A stretch of DNA of 64,000 nt from assembly GCF_963921235.1 (NCBI RefSeq), contig NC_086097.1, forward strand, positions 1,612,001-1,676,000, read 5' to 3'. Under the pieces are notes generated by a model, which saw nothing but the letters and a program-made list of their open reading frames with translations, had not been told where the DNA came from and made no database searches. How positions within the stretch are numbered: the first letter of the stretch is position 1; each line of letters opens with the position of its first letter. Origin of the DNA: Mobula hypostoma. Lineage: Eukaryota. Shown here piece after piece: positions 61,655 to 64,000 of the stretch. The translations under genes and the position numbers were made by a program.

Positions 61655-63670
61655 GCCGGGGGACCAGTGTCACAACCCACTCTGCACCAGGGGACCAGGG
61701 ACACAACCCACTCCTCCACCAGGGGAACAGCATCACAACCCAGCTCCTCCACCAGGGGACCAGCATCACACCTGGGCTCCTCGGCCAGGGGACCAGGTTC
61801 ACGACCCGGCTCCTCCACCAGGGGACCAGCATCACACCTGGGCTCCTCCGCCAGGGGACCAGCGACATGACCCGGCTCCTCCACCAGGGGACCAGCGACA
61901 CACCTGGGCTCCTCCACCAGGGGACCAGGTTCACGACCCGGCTCCTCCACCAGGGGACCAGCATCACACCTGGGCTCCTCCACCAATGGACCAGTTACAC
62001 ACCTGGGCTCCTCCACCAGGGGACCAGCATCACACCTGGGCTCCACCGCCAGGGGACCAGGTTCACAACCCGGCTCCTCCACCAGGGGACCAGCGACACA
62101 CCTGGGCTCCTCCACCAGGGGACCAGGTTCACGACCCGGCTCCTCCACCAGGGGACCAGCATCACACCTGGGCTCCTCCACCAATGGACCAGTTACACAC
62201 CTGGGCTCCTCCACCAGGGGACCAGCATCACACCTGGGCTCCACCGCCAGGGGACCAGGTTCACGACCCGGCTCCTCCACCAGGGGACCAGCATCACACC
62301 TGGGCTCCTCCGCCAGGGGACCAGGTTCACGACCCGGCTCCTCCACCAGGGGACCAGCATCACACCTGGGCTCTTCGGCCAGGGGACCAGGTTCACGACC
62401 CGCTCCTCCACCAGGGGACCAGTGTCACACCTGGGCTCCTCCGCCAGGGGACCAGTGTCACAACCCACTCCTGCACCAGGGGACCATTGTCACACCTGGG
62501 CTCCTCCACTAGGGGACCAGCAACATGACCTGGCTCCTCCACCAGGGGACCAGCAACACACCTGGGCTCCTCCACCAGGGGACCAGGTTCACGACCCTGC
62601 TCCTCCACCAGGGGACCAACGACACAACCCAGCTCCTCCACCAGGGGACCAGCGACATACCGGGGCTCCTCCACCAGGGGACCAGGTTCACAACCCGGCT
62701 CCTCCACCAGGGGACCAATGACACAACCCAGCTCCTCCACCAATGGACCAGTGACACACCTGGGCTCCTCCACCAGGGGACCAGTGACACACCTGGGCTG
62801 CTCCGCCAGGGGACCAGCATCACACCTGGGCTCCTCCTCCAGGGGACCAGCGACACAACCCAGCTCCTCCACCAGGGGACCAGGTTCACAACCCGGCTCC
62901 TCCACCAGGGGACCAACGACACACCTGGGCTCCTCCACCAGAGAACCAGTGACACAACTCGGTTCCTCCACCAGGGGACCAGTGACACAACCCAGCTCCT
63001 CCACCAGGGGACCAGTGACACACCTGGGCTCCTCCACCAGGTGACCAGGTTCACAACCTGGCTCCTCCACCAAGGGACCAATGACACAACCCAGCTCCTC
63101 CACCAATGGACCAGTGACACACCTGGGCTCCTCCACCAGGGGACCAGTGACACACCTGGGCTGCTCCGCCAGGGGACCAGCGACGCAACCTGGCTCCTCC
63201 GCCAGGGGACCAGCATCACACCTGGGCTCCTCCGCCAGGGGACCAGGTTCACAACCCACTCCTCCACCAGGGGACCAACAACACAACCCGGCTCCTCCAC
63301 CAGGGGACCAGGTTCACAACCCAGTTCCTCCGCCAGGGGACCAGCGACACAACCCGGCTCCTCCGCCAGGGGACCAGGTTCACAACCCGGCTCCTCCACC
63401 AGGGGACCAGGTTCACAACCCGACTCCTCCACCAGGGGACCAGTGACACACCTGGTCTCCTCCACCAGGGGACCAGCGACACAACCCAGCTCCTCCACCA
63501 GGGGACCAACGACACGACCCGGCTCCTCCACCAGGGAACCAGGTTCACAACCCAGCTCCTCCACCAGGGGACCAGATTCATAACCTGGCTCCTCCATCAG
63601 GGGACCAGCGTCACACCTGGGCTCCTCCATCAGGGGACCAACGTCACAACCCGGCTCCTTTTGTCAGGGA
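61655..63670. repeat. 33-bp minisatellite (~60 copies), CACACCTGGGCTCCTCCACCAGGGGACCAGCAT and variants
   Basis: Direct inspection; 11-aa periodicity in the ORF track. Confidence 0.96.
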
Positions 63671-64000
63671 CCATTGTTCCTCACCGTCCACAAGAGGGTC
63701 AGCATCCCTCCCCAAGGGGACTAGTGGCACTGTCTGGCTCTTCGGCCAGGGGGACAAGCACTGGATCCGCCGCCAGGGGTCAGTACCCAGGCCTGCTATC
63801 GCTCCGTGGATCTGAGACGCTGTTGTTTAACCCTGAGAGTTCTGCCTATCCTGGCCTCTGCAGTCAGGTCTCAGGGAGCAGGGGTCAGCGTGACCAGCAT
63901 CTCTCTCGGAGCAGCTGACTGACCCAGCGGCCAGCGCGGGGCAGCAGAACCGAGCCGGTTACAGGTTAGTCACTGTGTGAGGAGCGAGTCGGGGCTGCGG

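Noticed and set aside
61454..63630. Repeat-protein CDS in the 33-bp array
   Set aside because: It is open on both strands in several frames, has frameshifting deletions and an upstream in-frame stop; not called as CDS.

Overview
Vertebrate genomic DNA, most likely a cartilaginous fish such as a ray; this is inferred from the repeat complement (CR1/HER1-type LINEs, Penelope-like, Rex1, Tc1, hAT). The only host gene I can support is BATF on the minus strand, with three coding exons (16823-16758, 12550-12446, 1701-1498), two phase-0 GT-AG introns, a 124-aa bZIP product and a CpG-island promoter. Most of 1.7-50 kb consists of decayed and deeply nested transposable elements. The right end holds a G-rich polypurine tract, an ~8.7-kb CA-rich satellite and a 33-bp minisatellite, which produce the long but spurious ORFs. 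I see no clearly new multi-gene system. The best second-look items are: minimal hammerhead ribozyme motifs in the inverted ends of a Penelope-like element, and related hairpin derivatives that lack the catalytic core; a ~300-bp, ~98%-identical inverted tract shared by two otherwise diverged LINEs that bracket BATF exons 1-2; multi-level TE nests; and several short TE-free islands with immune-type TF motifs that are candidate BATF enhancers. TE boundaries were read by eye and are approximate (tens of bp).
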